In this document: positions 11,979-25,567 of the stretch, one piece after another
Layout: every line of letters begins with the position of its first letter
Position numbering within the stretch: the first letter of the stretch is position 1
Assembly: GCF_001194135.2 (NCBI RefSeq)
Contig: NC_068989.1
Coordinates: forward strand, 43,998,677-44,055,771
Source of the DNA: Octopus bimaculoides
Lineage: Eukaryota
Direction: 5' to 3'
Length of the DNA stretch: 57,095 nt
The notes under the pieces: generated by a model
The model's database searches: none
Told to the model about the DNA's origin: nothing
What the model saw: the letters and a program-made list of their open reading frames with translations, nothing else
Position numbers and translations under genes: made by a program

Positions 11979-12055
11979 GGTGGTAGTAGTGGTAGTGGTG
12001 CTGAAGGTAACGGTGTTATTGCTGGCGGTGGTTGTGGGGTTGACGATGTTTCGCA

Positions 12056-12094
<39 letters not shown>

Positions 12095-12096
12095 AA

Positions 12097-12150
<54 letters not shown>

Positions 12151-12210
12151 CTGAGGGTTACGGTGCTATTGCTGGCGGTGGTTGTCGTGGGGGTTGATGT
12201 TTCGCATTAA
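10575..12210. repeat. Compound (GGT)/(GTA)/(GTT)n low-complexity region with higher-order duplications, spanning a gap
   Basis: Triplet runs; block gtggttgtggttgtggtggtgttggtggtggtagtgg repeated three times; about 65-bp block at 11995-12057 and 12145-12210. Confidence 0.9.
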
Positions 12211-12309
12211 AAAGTAGGTATAGGCAGATGCGAGTATAGCTGTACCGAATATGGGTTTATAGGGAGGGACGAGAGTTGGGGGGGATAAGAGTTGGTAAAT
12301 CAATGACGA

Positions 12310-12310
<1 letters not shown>

Positions 12311-12353
<43 letters not shown>

Positions 12354-12503
12354 NNNNNNNNNNNNNNNNNNNNNNNNNNNNNNNNNNNNNNNNNNNNNNN
12401 NNNNNNNNNNNNNNNNNNNATCTATCTAACTATCTATCTATCTATCTATCTAACTATCTATCTATCTATCTATCTATCTATTGACTGATCGATCTATCTA
12501 TCA

Positions 12504-12548
<45 letters not shown>

Positions 12549-12648
12549 CAGACAGACATACATATACATACCTAAATACACAGACACCGACACATATACA
12601 TACATCTGTATACGTATACCTATATACATGTATATGTACGTATAATAG

Positions 12649-12688
<40 letters not shown>

Positions 12689-13457
12689 ACACACGCACAT
12701 ATATATCTTGCGGTGTATTATCCAGCTCTAGGAATGGTAAAACCATAACAAATAGCTGAATTCTTCACAGATCATAGCATTATTACGTATGTATGAAGTG
12801 TTATGTTGTTTATATCAGTAGGTCTGTAAATTTCTTTCATTTGTTTCATTTTTTTTTTTCAAACACACAAACAAACCACATACTTTACACAGCACACTTG
12901 AAAACACACCGAGTCTAAACTTCGAAGTCACTGTCGACTTTTCTTTTTTTATAAGAATAAAATGAAATACAGTGTACTACTTAAATGTATTAAGTGATTC
13001 TTCAATTTGTTTGATTGTGTTTATATATATGTATACACACACACACACACACACANNNNNNNNNNNNNNNNNNNNNNNNNNNNNNNNNNNNNNNNNNNNN
13101 NNNNNNNNNNNNNNNNNNNNNNNNNNNNNNNNNNNNNNNNNNNNNNNNNNNNNNNNNNNNNNNNNNNNNNNNNNNNNNNNNNNNNNNNNNNNNNNNNNNN
13201 NNNNNNNNNNNNNNNNNNNNNNNNNNNNNNNNNNNNNNNNNNNNNNNNNNNNNNNNNNNNNNNNNNNNNNNNNNNNNNNNNNNNNNNNNNNNNNNNNNNN
13301 NNNNNNNNNNNNNNNNNNNNNNNNNNNNNNNNNNNNNAGTTAAACAAATATTGATATGTATATGTGCATATATGTATGTATATATATGCATATATATTAT
13401 ACACACACACATACATATATGAATACAGATAGATAGATAGATAGATAGCTAGCTAGC

Positions 13458-13489
<32 letters not shown>

Positions 13490-13498
13490 CAGATAGAC

Positions 13499-13545
<47 letters not shown>

Positions 13546-13554
13546 CAGATAGAC

Positions 13555-13609
<55 letters not shown>

Positions 13610-13610
13610 C
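12311..13610. repeat. Cluster of (CA)n, (TATC)n and (GATA)n microsatellites bordering two gaps
   Basis: Read directly. Confidence 0.9.
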
Positions 13611-13876
13611 TGATAAACGGGTAGGTAAGCTGGTAGACGATTAAACGGCATAGGTAGTTATATAATCGATATAGGTAACAATGGAATAATAGGTAAATAA
13701 ATTATATTTTTCAAAAAATTAGGACGCCCCTGCCCTACCCACAACGTAAGCATTGCGAAGAAAAAGAAACTAAAAACAAAAAAAAAAAATAAAAAGCCAA
13801 ACAAAAAGAAAATATTAAGAACTCGGTCGAAGAATCAAAGAACGGGATAAGGACGCAAAGAAAATCGGAAGAATAC

Positions 13877-13942
13877 CTGCATGAGACGATGTAGCTCCGG
13901 CAAATCTTCTTCGGTTCCATCTCTGATACAGTAAGACGCCAT
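13877..13942 (-). CDS. First coding exon of a GNAT-family acetyltransferase, SAT1/SAT2-like (diamine/thialysine N-acetyltransferase): MASYCIRDGTEEDLPELHRLMQ
   Basis: ATG in good context (cggaATGG), upstream in-frame TAA, 22 codons then CAG|GTATTC donor in phase 0; acceptor-like ttatttttgcag 18 nt upstream of the ATG. Matches the recalled human SAT2 N-terminus [22 protein letters not shown] at 9/22 without gaps; the recalled human SAT1 exon 1 also ends after codon 22. Later exons not found. Confidence 0.7.
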
Positions 13943-13960
13943 TCCGTAATGTTTGTCAAT

Positions 13961-14230
13961 CTGCAAAAATAATGGTTATCTTGTGCGGATGTCGAGAAGC
14001 CGCGAACCGAATTGTCGGAGAGAAAAGAGAAGGAGAGACGGAACGAAAGAGAGAAGGAGAAAAAGGAGTAAAGGAAGAAATGAAGATGTAGCAGAGGAGA
14101 GGCAACACACACAAACACACGCGCGCGCGCGCGCACAAACACGCACGCGCGCACACATAGACACGCATATACATTCACATAGGCACACATACGCACATAT
14201 AATAAAGCACGGGTTTATTACAGTCGCACA
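13961..14230 (-). promoter_or_regulatory. Putative 5'UTR/promoter region: CpG-rich segment, long polypyrimidine tract and (GC)7/(CA)n run
   Basis: Local CpG retention directly upstream of the start exon; no upstream ATG in about 160 nt of the minus strand. Confidence 0.35.
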
Positions 14231-14429
14231 CAAGCATGCACGTATTAATTAAGGAGGAGGATGAGTAGAGGAAATAGAATGAAAGGACAGAATGAAAGAC
14301 AGAATAAGAGATTGAATGAATTTCTCTTAAAAATAAATAAATAAAATTAAATTAAATTCAAATAAATAATTAATAAAAATCTGAAATTCAAACGAACGAT
14401 TTTTACACTCAACACACATCTAAAGACCT

Positions 14430-15699
14430 ACGCATACATACATACATACATACATACATACATGCATGCATATATAGGCTCATAACACATACATCCATAT
14501 ATGCATATATATATATATATGTATTATAAATTAACTCCTTTATTATTATATATATATGTGTACATATATAGATGAATACATATAATATATATATATATAT
14601 ACTTCCATGCATACATAAATGCATGCACATACACACATACATGTATACATACAAACATATNNNNNNNNNNNNNNNNNNNNNNNNNNNNNNNNNNNNNNNN
14701 NNNNNNNNNNNNNNNNNNNNNNNNNNNNNNNNNNNNNNNNNNNNNNNNNNNNNNNNNNNNNNNNNNNNNNNNNNNNNNNNNNNNNNNNNNNNNNNNNNNN
14801 NNNNNNNNNNNNNNNNNNNNNNNNNNNNNNNNNNNNNNNNNNNNNNNNNNNNNNNNNNNNNNNNNNNNNNNNNNNNNNNNNNNNNNNNNNNNNNNNNNNN
14901 NNNNNNNNNNNNNNNNNNNNNNNNNNNNNNNNNNNNNNNNNNNNNNNNNNNNNNNNNNNNNNNNNNNNNNNNNNNNNNNNNNNNNNNNNNNNNNNNNNNN
15001 NNNNNNNNNNNNNNNNNNNNNNNNNNNNNNNNNNNNNNNNNNNNNNNNNNNNNNNNNNNNNNNNNNNNNNNNNNNNNNNNNNNNNNNNNNNNNNNNNNNN
15101 NNNNNNNNNNNNNNNNNNNNNNNNNNNNNNNNNNNNNNNNNNNNNNNNNNNNNNNNNNNNNNNNNNNNNNNNNNNNNNNNNNNNNNNNNNNNNNNNNNNN
15201 NNNNNNNNNNNNNNNNNNNNNNNNNNNNNNNNNNNNNNNNNNNNNNNNNNNNNNNNNNNNNNNNNNNNNNNNNNNNNNNNNNNNNNNNNNNNNNNNNNNN
15301 NNNNNNNNNNNNNNNNNNNNNNNNNNNNNNNNNNNNNNNNNNNNNNNNNNNNNNNNNNNNNNNNNNNNNNNNNNNNNNNNNNNNNNNNNNNNNNNNNNNN
15401 NNNNNNNNNNNNNNNNNNNNNNNNNNNNNNNNNNNNNNNNNNNNNNNNNNNNNNNNNNNNNNNNNNNNNNNNNNNNNNNNNNNNNNNNNNNNNNNNNNNN
15501 NNNNNNNNNNNNNNNNNNNNNNNNNNNNNNNNNNNNNNNNNNNNNNNNNNNNNNNNNNNNNNNNNNNNNNNNNNNNNNNNNNNNNNNNNNNNNNNNNNNA
15601 TATATACATACCATATACATATAGATATACATATAGACAGACAGACAGACAGACAGATAGATAGATAGATAGATTGATAGATAGATAGATAGATAGAGC

Positions 15700-15730
<31 letters not shown>

Positions 15731-16110
15731 CGTGAGTCTGTGTCTAAGTGTGATTTGTAGGGTGTTTGTCAAAGAAGCGCTTAAATGATTCAAAGAGCAT
15801 GAAAAACTGGAGAAAAAAACGGACACACACATACACATATACATACACATACACATACACATGCACACACATGCCCTTGTATACATACATACATACATAC
15901 ATACATACATACATACATACATACATAGAAACAGATAGATAGATAGATAGATAGATAGATGGTGAGTTAAAAAGGAACAGTGAGTAGAGAGTATCTGGTA
16001 CTCATGAATGGAGAGAGAGAGAAAGAGAGTGAGAAAGAGAGAAAGAGTGGGGGAGAGAGTGAGAGAGAGTGAGAAACAGACAGATAGACACACAGACAGA
16101 CAGATAGAAA
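14430..16110. repeat. (TACA)/(TA)/(GATA)/(GT)/(GA)n microsatellite cluster around a gap
   Basis: Read directly. Confidence 0.9.
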
Positions 16111-16353
16111 AGGTGTTAACTATAACGAGGGCTTGGTGTAACTTAAAAAGTTGAGCTGTGGTGAGAAGTGATGATGATAGTGATGATAATATTGGAGGCA
16201 GTGATGATTGTAGTGTCGCTGATTGCATTGGTGGTGGTAGTGGTGATGGCAATAATGATTGCTGGGGCGGTAGTTGTAGTGAAGGTGGTGGCGGTATGGT
16301 GAGGACGGTGTTGGTAGTGGTGGCATGGGTTGTAATGATTGTGGACGTGGTAA

Positions 16354-16419
16354 TGGTGACGATTGTGGTGACGATAGTGGCACTGGTGACGATTGTGGTG
16401 ACGATAGTGGCACTGGTGA
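16354..16419. repeat. Perfect 30-bp tandem duplication (tggtgacgattgtggtgacgatagtggcac x2) in a GGT/GAT-rich tract
   Basis: 16354-16383 equals 16384-16413. Confidence 0.9.
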
Positions 16420-17326
16420 AATCAGTGTGAACGCTAGTGGCTGTGGTTGAGGCAGTGACATGGTGGTGTTAGTGGTAGCAAGATGGTAACAATGATAAAG
16501 GAACTTGGTCATAGTACTAGTGAACGTGATGCTGACGGGTGGTAATAGTGGTGTTAGTGGTGGTGGTGGTGGTGGTGGTGGTGGTATGATTCGGTGTGAT
16601 AGGACGGTTGTGAGGTGTGGTGTAGTTTTTGTTGTTGTTGTTGTTAGCCCTGGCTTAAACTTAAAGGTTTACTCTAAACATAACCAAATCGTCTCTTCAG
16701 GAAAATACTATGCTTTCATATTAAAACATGAACACATTTGAGACATGTATATTAACGACAGTAGCGGCAGTATTAGAACTGAGATGTAATATTCATCCCC
16801 ATTTAAAACGTGAATGTTTTATGTAAACTATACTGCAGTAGTTACCGCGAGAAAAACTTTCATATTGGCTTTTTATTTGTAGGTGCAAAATACACAAGAG
16901 TACAAGAGTGCAACAAGAGTGCATTTTGTACCAAAATGCCAATATGCGAGTTTATTGCACTGCAGTTTGTTTTAATAGAACATCCACGTTTCGTTTTAGT
17001 GGGGATAAATATTACACTTGAGACAGATCATAATATAATTTCTAGCAGGTCGAGCAAATACAAACAGGTTGCTTTATTTGTTGTCATGTTGTGGTGTATT
17101 GTAGTTAGGGTTCATATATATCTCATGTTAATCTTCATAACTATTGTAATGTTGGTTAAACTGTGACTCGTGGTTCCGTATGCGTTTCTCAAAGATATGG
17201 CTTGTATCTCCGAAGATGCTATTGGGTTTCAGTGATACTTTCCTAAAACACTATTTTCTGGAGATGTAGGAACAAAAGAAACTTTGAACTTTATACAATG
17301 TATTTCTCTCTCTCTTTCTCCCTCCC

Positions 17327-17330
<4 letters not shown>

Positions 17331-17405
<75 letters not shown>
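17331..17405. repeat. (CA)n microsatellite
   Basis: Read directly. Confidence 0.95.
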
Positions 17406-17407
<2 letters not shown>

Positions 17408-18799
17408 AATTTTTTTTCACTCTAGTAGACATCAGCAGAAAAGAAATCGAAAATGCCCTCAGTTTTTTAAAGTTTTATTCAAATTCTATTAACCGGTTTC
17501 ATAATTTCATGATTTTTTTTCAAAAGCAGTGTGAGATGGAAAGACCGAGAGTTATGTCGTATTTGTCTCGACTCTTTTATGTATATATTTTCATGATTAA
17601 TATGCATATGTTTCGAAATCCATGTATGAATGTCTATGTATGTATATGTATGTGAAATGGAACGTATATATTAAAAAAGACATACGTTACCCAGACACAC
17701 ATATGTACACACACACCCACAGTGACACACTCACACATGCACACATATTTACACACACAGAAATCAGTAGCAACAATATAAGTAGAGTCCACGTGAGAAA
17801 AAATTACTACAGTTTTCCTCTCTTTCTTTAACCTGTCCTTTTATAACGATTTATGCGAAAATACATCCCCTACACTTTGCTGCAGCGAGAAAGTCAAAGT
17901 AACGAAGACCCATCGCTGAAAATAAGTACTAGACACAAAATAGCACTAGACACAAAGTGAGTAAGTAAAGGCCAGTAAATCGATGAACTGGAGTGTAAGC
18001 TAAAAGAACTTGACAGAGTTCAAGACACCGTTAGTAGTCTACACATCCAAACATCCAGCTACTTTTGCCATTAGCACAAGAATAGAGTAGCTCAGAACCA
18101 ACGATGTCATGGTTTGGTTTTCTCTAGATTAGGGTTTTTGTGTAATTTTAAAATCGCTCCTTTAACGACTTAAAAGATGGATTTCTAAACCACAAAGCAC
18201 ATCGTTTATCTATGAAATGTCTCAAGTTAGATTCGGTGAGGCTACGAACAACCTAAAGACTAGATTGTTGGAGCGGTTTATAGTTGAATATGGCTTGCTG
18301 TCGTGGCTGCACGGAAAGGAAAAGTATGTTTATAGCGCGAGCTAGAAGGCCTCGCGTATTCCCTGATAGCATTAATGACTTTTGGCAGCACTGGTGTAAG
18401 CGATATCGTTAGAAAATGCCGAAATGGTCGTGATATCTAGGTGACAGCTGGATATCGCATGCTGTATGTAAAATATTGCAAGCAATATAGCAAAATGCGG
18501 TCATTTTTGACGGTACGAGTAAATTAAAATACCTACGCCATCAAAATGACGACATTTTAAAAGAAGCTGAAAATTATAATAAATGCTACGACATAGTATA
18601 CATTCCATATATTTGATACATACCTGTATAGTAAGACCAATTCAATTATACTTTGAAGGACTGGAGCCAAATAGAATGAAATATAAGATTCCTCCGATTA
18701 TTATTTGATTAAAACATCGGTGAGTCTTCGCCATCAAAACTGACAATGATTTACACATATATTGGTACCAGTTGAGTGCCAATATATACGAAGGGCAAC

Positions 18800-19477
18800 C
18801 GTTTCAGGGGAGTGGGGTAGTCGATTTCATCGACTCCTAGTGCATAAATGTTACTTCTTTTATCGACCCCGAAATGATGAAAGACAATGTCGACCTCAGC
18901 AGAACTTGATTTCGGAACGGAAAGACGGATGAAATGGCGTTAAGCATTTTGCTCGGCGAGCTAATGATTCTACCAATTCACCACCTTATATTGATACTTA
19001 TTTTACCGATCCCGAAAAGTTGAAAGACGAAGTCGACCTCAACGGAATTTGAACTCACAACGCAAAGACGGACACAGTGCTGCTAAGCATTTTACCCGAC
19101 GTGCTAACGTTTCTGCCAGTTCACCGCTTTGACTTATACATATATTCTTTTCTACTCTAAGCACAAGGCCCGGAATTTTGGGGGGAAGCGATCAGTCGAT
19201 TAGTTCGACTCCAGTACGCAACTGGTAGTTAATTTATTGTCCCCGAAAAGATGAAAGGCAAAATCAACCTCGGCGGAATTTGAACTCAGAACGTAACGGC
19301 AGACGAAATACCTATTTCTTTACTGCCCACAAGGAACTACACAGAGGGGACAAACAAGAACAGACAAACGGATTAAGTCGATTACATCGACCCCATTGCG
19401 TAACTGGTACTTAATTTATCGACCCCGAAAGGATGAAAGGCAAAGTCGACCTCGGCGGAATTTGAACTCAGAACGTA
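18800..19477 (-). mobile_element. Four stacked SINE A copies, all minus strand, the last running into a gap
   Basis: Core tttatcgaccccgaaa..gatgaaag..aagtcgacctc..gaatttgaactc recurs at about 18860, 19005, 19235 and 19415. Confidence 0.85.
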
Positions 19478-21250
19478 NNNNNNNNNNNNNNNNNNNNNNN
19501 NNNNNNNNNNNNNNNNNNNNNNNNNNNNNNNNNNNNNNNNNNNNNNNNNNNNNNNNNNNNNNNNNNNNNNNNNNNNNNNNNNNNNNNNNNNNNNNNNNNN
19601 NNNNNNNNNNNNNNNNNNNNNNNNNNNNNNNNNNNNNNNNNNNNNNNNNNNNNNNNNNNNNNNNNNNNNNNNNNNNNNNNNNNNNNNNNNNNNNNNNNNN
19701 NNNNNNNNNNNNNNNNNNNNNNNNNNNNNNNNNNNNNNNNNNNNNNNNNNNNNNNNNNNNNNNNNNNNNNNNNNNNNNNNNNNNNNNNNNNNNNNNNNNN
19801 NNNNNNNNNNNNNNNNNNNNNNNNNNNNNNNNNNNNNNNNNNNNNNNNNNNNNNNNNNNNNNNNNNNNNNNNNNNNNNNNNNNNNNNNNNNNNNNNNNNN
19901 NNNNNNNNNNNNNNNNNNNNNNNNNNNNNNNNNNNNNNNNNNNNNNNNNNNNNNNNNNNNNNNNNNNNNNNNNNNNNNNNNNNNNNNNNNNNNNNNNNNN
20001 NNNNNNNNNNNNNNNNNNNNNNNNNNNNNNNNNNNNNNNNNNNNNNNNNNNNNNNNNNNNNNNNNNNNNNNNNNNNNNNNNNNNNNNNNNNNNNNNNNNN
20101 NNNNNNNNNNNNNNNNNNNNNNNNNNNNNNNNNNNNNNNNNNNNNNNNNNNNNNNNNNNNNNNNNNNNNNNNNNNNNNNNNNNNNNNNNNNNNNNNNNNN
20201 NNNNNNNNNNNNNNNNNNNNNNNNNNNNNNNNNNNNNNNNNNNNNNNNNNNNNNNNNNNNNNNNNNNNNNNNNNNNNNNNNNNNNNNNNNNNNNNNNNNN
20301 NNNNNNNNNNNNNNNNNNNNNNNNNNNNNNNNNNNNNNNNNNNNNNNNNNNNNNNNNNNNNNNNNNNNNNNNNNNNNNNNNNNCACTTACTAGAATATAT
20401 TGTAGTATTTTGTTCGCTGTGGTTATGTCGGTGAGCGAAATGTCGATAATACTTTCTTGTGATTGACTACCGAAAATAGCCGTGATGCTAATATATTTTG
20501 ATGGGGTGAAAGAAAATTTCCTCGCCATTATTATGTTCTTTGAAAAATGTGCTGCATATTTCTAACATATCCTTAGTGTATGATTCCTTCTGACGTTACA
20601 GTGATGTGATCTGGGATTTTAATCACAAGAGATTCGCGTGCTAAATAGAATAAAGCATCTGGGGTTGATTTCGGCTTCTATCTTTCTTCCTTTCTTTCTT
20701 TCTTTTTTCTCTTTTACCAGCGTGAATTCTTTAAGTGATCGTTCTTCTTCAACAGGCCTTTGAAGTACCTTTTCAATATTTCTTATTTTAGCAAGTATTT
20801 TCTCGTCCTATGGTTCGATAAAGTATTTATAACTTATATCGCCAGCTTCTTTCTTCTACACATAAAAATTCCTCTATCTCTAGGAATGATGTTCTAAATG
20901 TGGATAGGTTTTTCTCTCTGTCAGAGATGTGTTATTTTTATACTGTTGTAATTATTGTGTGTATAAATAAACTTAGGTATTCTTTATTAAGTGGCTAAGA
21001 GACGTTTCCTAGTTCATCACTTGCTGCTTGATTGTAGCTGTGCCCTAATCTTCTGAAAAATAGGGGTAAAAATGGTATATGTTTAAGGCTTTCGTGACGT
21101 CATATACAGACAGCTTTACAATATTATGGTTAGAGATAAATGAGAAGTAGCTATGTTGACAGTTTATGTTTGTAACATTTAAACTCGGTATAGTTTGTTC
21201 TTCGATAAACTAGCTGATCTTTCATACTTCTTAATATTTCTAGTTCAGTA

Positions 21251-22020
<770 letters not shown>

Positions 22021-22359
22021 AATGCTAATAATAAATGACTCTAACGTGATACAATAAATTTCATAACTTAGGTACAAAACCAGAAATTTGGAGAGTGAGA
22101 GTGTAGTCTCTTAAACCGGCCCAGTGATTGGCTGCTATATATTCTATCGACCTATTTACCTCTTCGGTTGAAAGGAATGTAAAGTCGTCCTTGAAGAGAA
22201 CATTTAACCACTGAACGTAACGGGATGTTAGGAATACTGCAAGACACTTTGTTCTACTTCTGTTACTACTCACAAGTTTCAACTCAGGTGCAAAGAAATA
22301 TATTTTGAGAGTCGGGAGAATTTAATTGATGCTCCTCACTCTCACCACCATGCGCTGCG

Positions 22360-22670
22360 TGTAAAGGTGCGTGGCCTTGTAATTAAATTGTTGGGTTCAG
22401 GATTATTAGGACGCGGACTTGATTCTCTAATTGTTAGGACGCGGAATCGATTCTTTCACTAGTTGTGTCTTTGAGCAAGGCAATACATTTCACGTAACTC
22501 CCGCACACTTAGCTGAAAATGGGTACCGGTAGCATTTGGGGGTTTTAACTCAACGACGGACTGGAATCTCGTTTAGTGAGGGTGACCTTGTGCTCTCGCT
22601 TTTACACATTTAATAATCGTGTGTAGGATCTGGCCTTACGAGCCCGGTAAGCACGAGGAAAAGCCAACCT
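22360..22670 (+). mobile_element. SINE family D-type, degenerate, with another tail
   Basis: aaggtgcgtggccttgtaa...gaatcgattc...gttgtgtctttgagcaaggcaatacatttcacg. Confidence 0.55.
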
Positions 22671-22815
22671 CTACATATCTGGTATTCATTTCATCAACCC
22701 AAGAGGTTGAACCCGACAAAATTTCATTTGAGGTCTTAAAAGGATGTAACTAGATATTACAAGAGATGTTCTGCAAATCTTCCGATTCTGCTCTCCATTA
22801 CTGTTCACTGTCTAA

Positions 22816-22982
22816 TTTGGTTAGACTGTAAGACATTGCTCTTACTGTTTGGTTAGACCATAAGGCATTGCCCTCCTATTTGACTAAACCGTAAGACATA
22901 GCCCTTCTATTTCGTTAGATTGTAAGACATTGCTTCACTATATGGTTAGACTAAAACACTGTTCTAACTATTTGGTTAAATC
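22816..22982. repeat. Degenerate minisatellite of about 31 bp, about 5.4 copies (consensus near tttggttagactgtaagacattgcyctncta)
   Basis: Units of 32, 31, 31, 31 and 30 bp plus a partial, read by eye. Confidence 0.8.
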
Positions 22983-23478
22983 AATGGTTTTTAATATTTT
23001 GAACCCTTCTTTTCAAGTTGGCTAGTACTTCCGTGTCCCCATTTAATTATTTTTAAACAGTATTATAAATAAATTGAAAACTCTTTTAAAAATTTGAATT
23101 GTAAGATGTTCAAGAATTCACTATTTTATTCACAATAAAAACAATAACCTTTTTAAAAATACAACATGGTTTTATAATGTCTTTAAAACGCTTATGAAAG
23201 TAATAAAAACATGAAGGCAGAGCAAACTATGATTAAGCTATTTGATAAACACGTTTTACCAGGTTTTCTTTCTGCTCACTAAATACTACTCTGGCTTCCT
23301 CTAAAGATCTGTTCGCCCATCCACCCATGTTAGTAATCCGTAGGTTGGTTTGTAAGTCATTGTCATTCAATGTGAGGTACTTGCAAATACTAAGGAAGAA
23401 ATAAGGCGAGCATACTTCGTTGGGGGTACTATGCTACATCGATGACGGGGTGTAAAAAATGAACTGAGAAACCAACTG
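22982..23478. mobile_element. Possible old hAT-type MITE
   Basis: Ends caatggtttttaa and ctgagaaaccaactg resemble the hAT terminus CAGTGGTTCTCAA; no clear TSD. Confidence 0.3.
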
Positions 23479-23774
23479 AGTATAAAAGAAATCTGATATA
23501 GTATTACAAGGGCAAAGACACGTGATTGATAAGCCAGCGCTAAGCATTCAAAGTGAATGGTACCAGTGGATGAGGGAGTCCAAAGAAAACTTGGGATGAA
23601 GTGATAAAAAAAAAAATTATCTGAAGATGATGCATCTGACGAAAGAGATTGCAGATGAGCGTGTCACTGGGAATACACAGTGCTATAGAAGACCCAAACT
23701 TCCACGCAATCTTGGCGAAATACTCGCTAAAACAATGGGGTAGTGTACACCCTTTTGCCTATCACCTATTCTTA

Positions 23775-24000
23775 TTTCTTTATTGCCCACAAGGGGGATA
23801 AACATAGAGGGGACAAACAAGGACAAACAAAGGGATTGAGTCGATTACATCGACCCCAGTACATAACTGGTACTTAATTTATCGACCCCGAAAGGATGAA
23901 AGGCAAAGTCGACCTCGGCGGAATTTGAACTCAGAACGTAACGGCAGACGTAATACCGCTAAGCATTTAAGCCCGGCGTGCTAACGTTTCTGCCAGTCGC
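23775..24000 (-). mobile_element. Young full-length SINE A copy
   Basis: Near-identical to 19312-19477; complete head ctggcagaaacgttagcacgccgggc. Confidence 0.9.
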
Positions 24001-24464
24001 TGCCTATCACCTATTCTATTACCTTCAAATACCCCTACTATTTTCTCTGCTATTCACTGTACCTAATCTATCTGCCCTCGCCACCCCATCATCTTTGCTC
24101 CGATTCTCTATACCATACCAATCACTATTGAGAACGAAAGCAAACGCTCAGAATGTGAGTATTGAATAACCCTCTAACTCTATCTTCCATGTCGTGCTAT
24201 GCTTTTCTTTTTTTTTTCTATCCTTCCGAATCATAATGCTTGAATGGAGAGTGATTGTTCTCTGGCAACCCTAACCCACGTTCCTTCATTCTTGTCATCA
24301 AGATCTTTTCTATTTACCTTCTTCACAAATTACCGTCAGGATACGTTCTAGTTCTTCTTTACCAAAATCTTTATCTCTCTTTCACTCACCACTGCACCCA
24401 CACATATAGAATGCGGGGTAGCATTGAATCTCATTCTATTCAACCAACTCCTTATTGCCCTCTG

Positions 24465-24532
<68 letters not shown>

Positions 24533-24948
24533 TTTTTCTCCCTCTCACTGTCTCTTTCTCTTTCTACCTCTCTTTATCTCTGTCTCTCTCTCTCCCTCTC
24601 TTTCACTAACCCCTGACTCCACACTTTACAATATCTAGTATCTTTCCTATCACCACCACCCCTCTCACAACAATAAACCAGTTGCTCCTATCATACTTCT
24701 CAACATCCGGCTTAAATATTCCACCCTGCTCCCTATTCTCCTTCTCAAGTGCGGGCATCCTTTAATCTGGGTAGTTACAAGGTGACCCCCACAAGTGTTG
24801 GTGCTATGATAAATGCACTCAGTACAATTGATAACGTGGCTGGCAAATCGAGCAGTGACAGTACAAGGTTGAGAAGACTATTTGGACATGCCGGGATTAC
24901 AACAGCCTCTCTAACGCTGATTAGACAAATACAGTAATCTCTCGCCAT

Positions 24949-25027
24949 ATCGCGGTTTACCCATCGCGGTTTACCCATCGCGGTTTACCCATCGCGGTTT
25001 ACCCATCGCGGTTTACCCATCGCGGTT
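24949..25027. repeat. Perfect 14-bp tandem repeat (atcgcggtttaccc) x5 plus 9 bp
   Basis: Counted directly. Confidence 0.95.
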
Positions 25028-25121
25028 AATTATTTAAGCACACGTCGATTCCTCCGTGGTGTTGTTTTGCATTTATAATAAAATAAACATATACGAATTA
25101 TAAAAAAAAATACAGTATTGT

Positions 25122-25567
25122 AGGCGCAGGAGTGGCTCTGTGGTAAGTAGCTTGCTTACCAACCACATGGTCCTGGGTTCAGTCCCACTGCGTGGCACCT
25201 TGGGCGAGTGTCTTCTACTTATAGCCTCGGGCCGACCAAAGAATTGTTAGTGGATTTGGTAGACGGAAACTGGAAGAAACCCGTCATAAATGTATGCATA
25301 TGTGTGTGTGCGTGTGTGTGTGTGTGTGTTTGTCTGTGTGTCTTTGTCTGTGTGTCTGTGTTTGTGTTTGTCTGTGTGTCTGTGTTTGTCCCCTCAACAT
25401 CGCTTGATAACTGATGCTGGTGTGTTTACGTTCCCGTAACTTAGCGGTTCGGCTAAAGAGACCAATAGAATAAGTACTAGGCGTACAAAGAATAAGCTCT
25501 AGAGTCAATTTTCTCGACTAAAGGTGATGCTCCAGCATGGCCGCAGTCAAATGACCGAAAAAAGAGA
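25122..25567 (+). mobile_element. SINE family C, full length, with internal (GT)n
   Basis: ggcgcaggagTGGCTCTGTGGtaag...GGTTCAGTCCC head; tail cagcatggccgcagtcaaatgac.gaaa; other copies at 27735-27853, 47485-47716 and 48013-48240. Confidence 0.85.

Noticed and set aside
22816-22982. CRISPR-like array
   Set aside because: Units are contiguous without unique spacers, the DNA is eukaryotic and no cas genes are present; the same applies to 24949-25027 and 51850-52100
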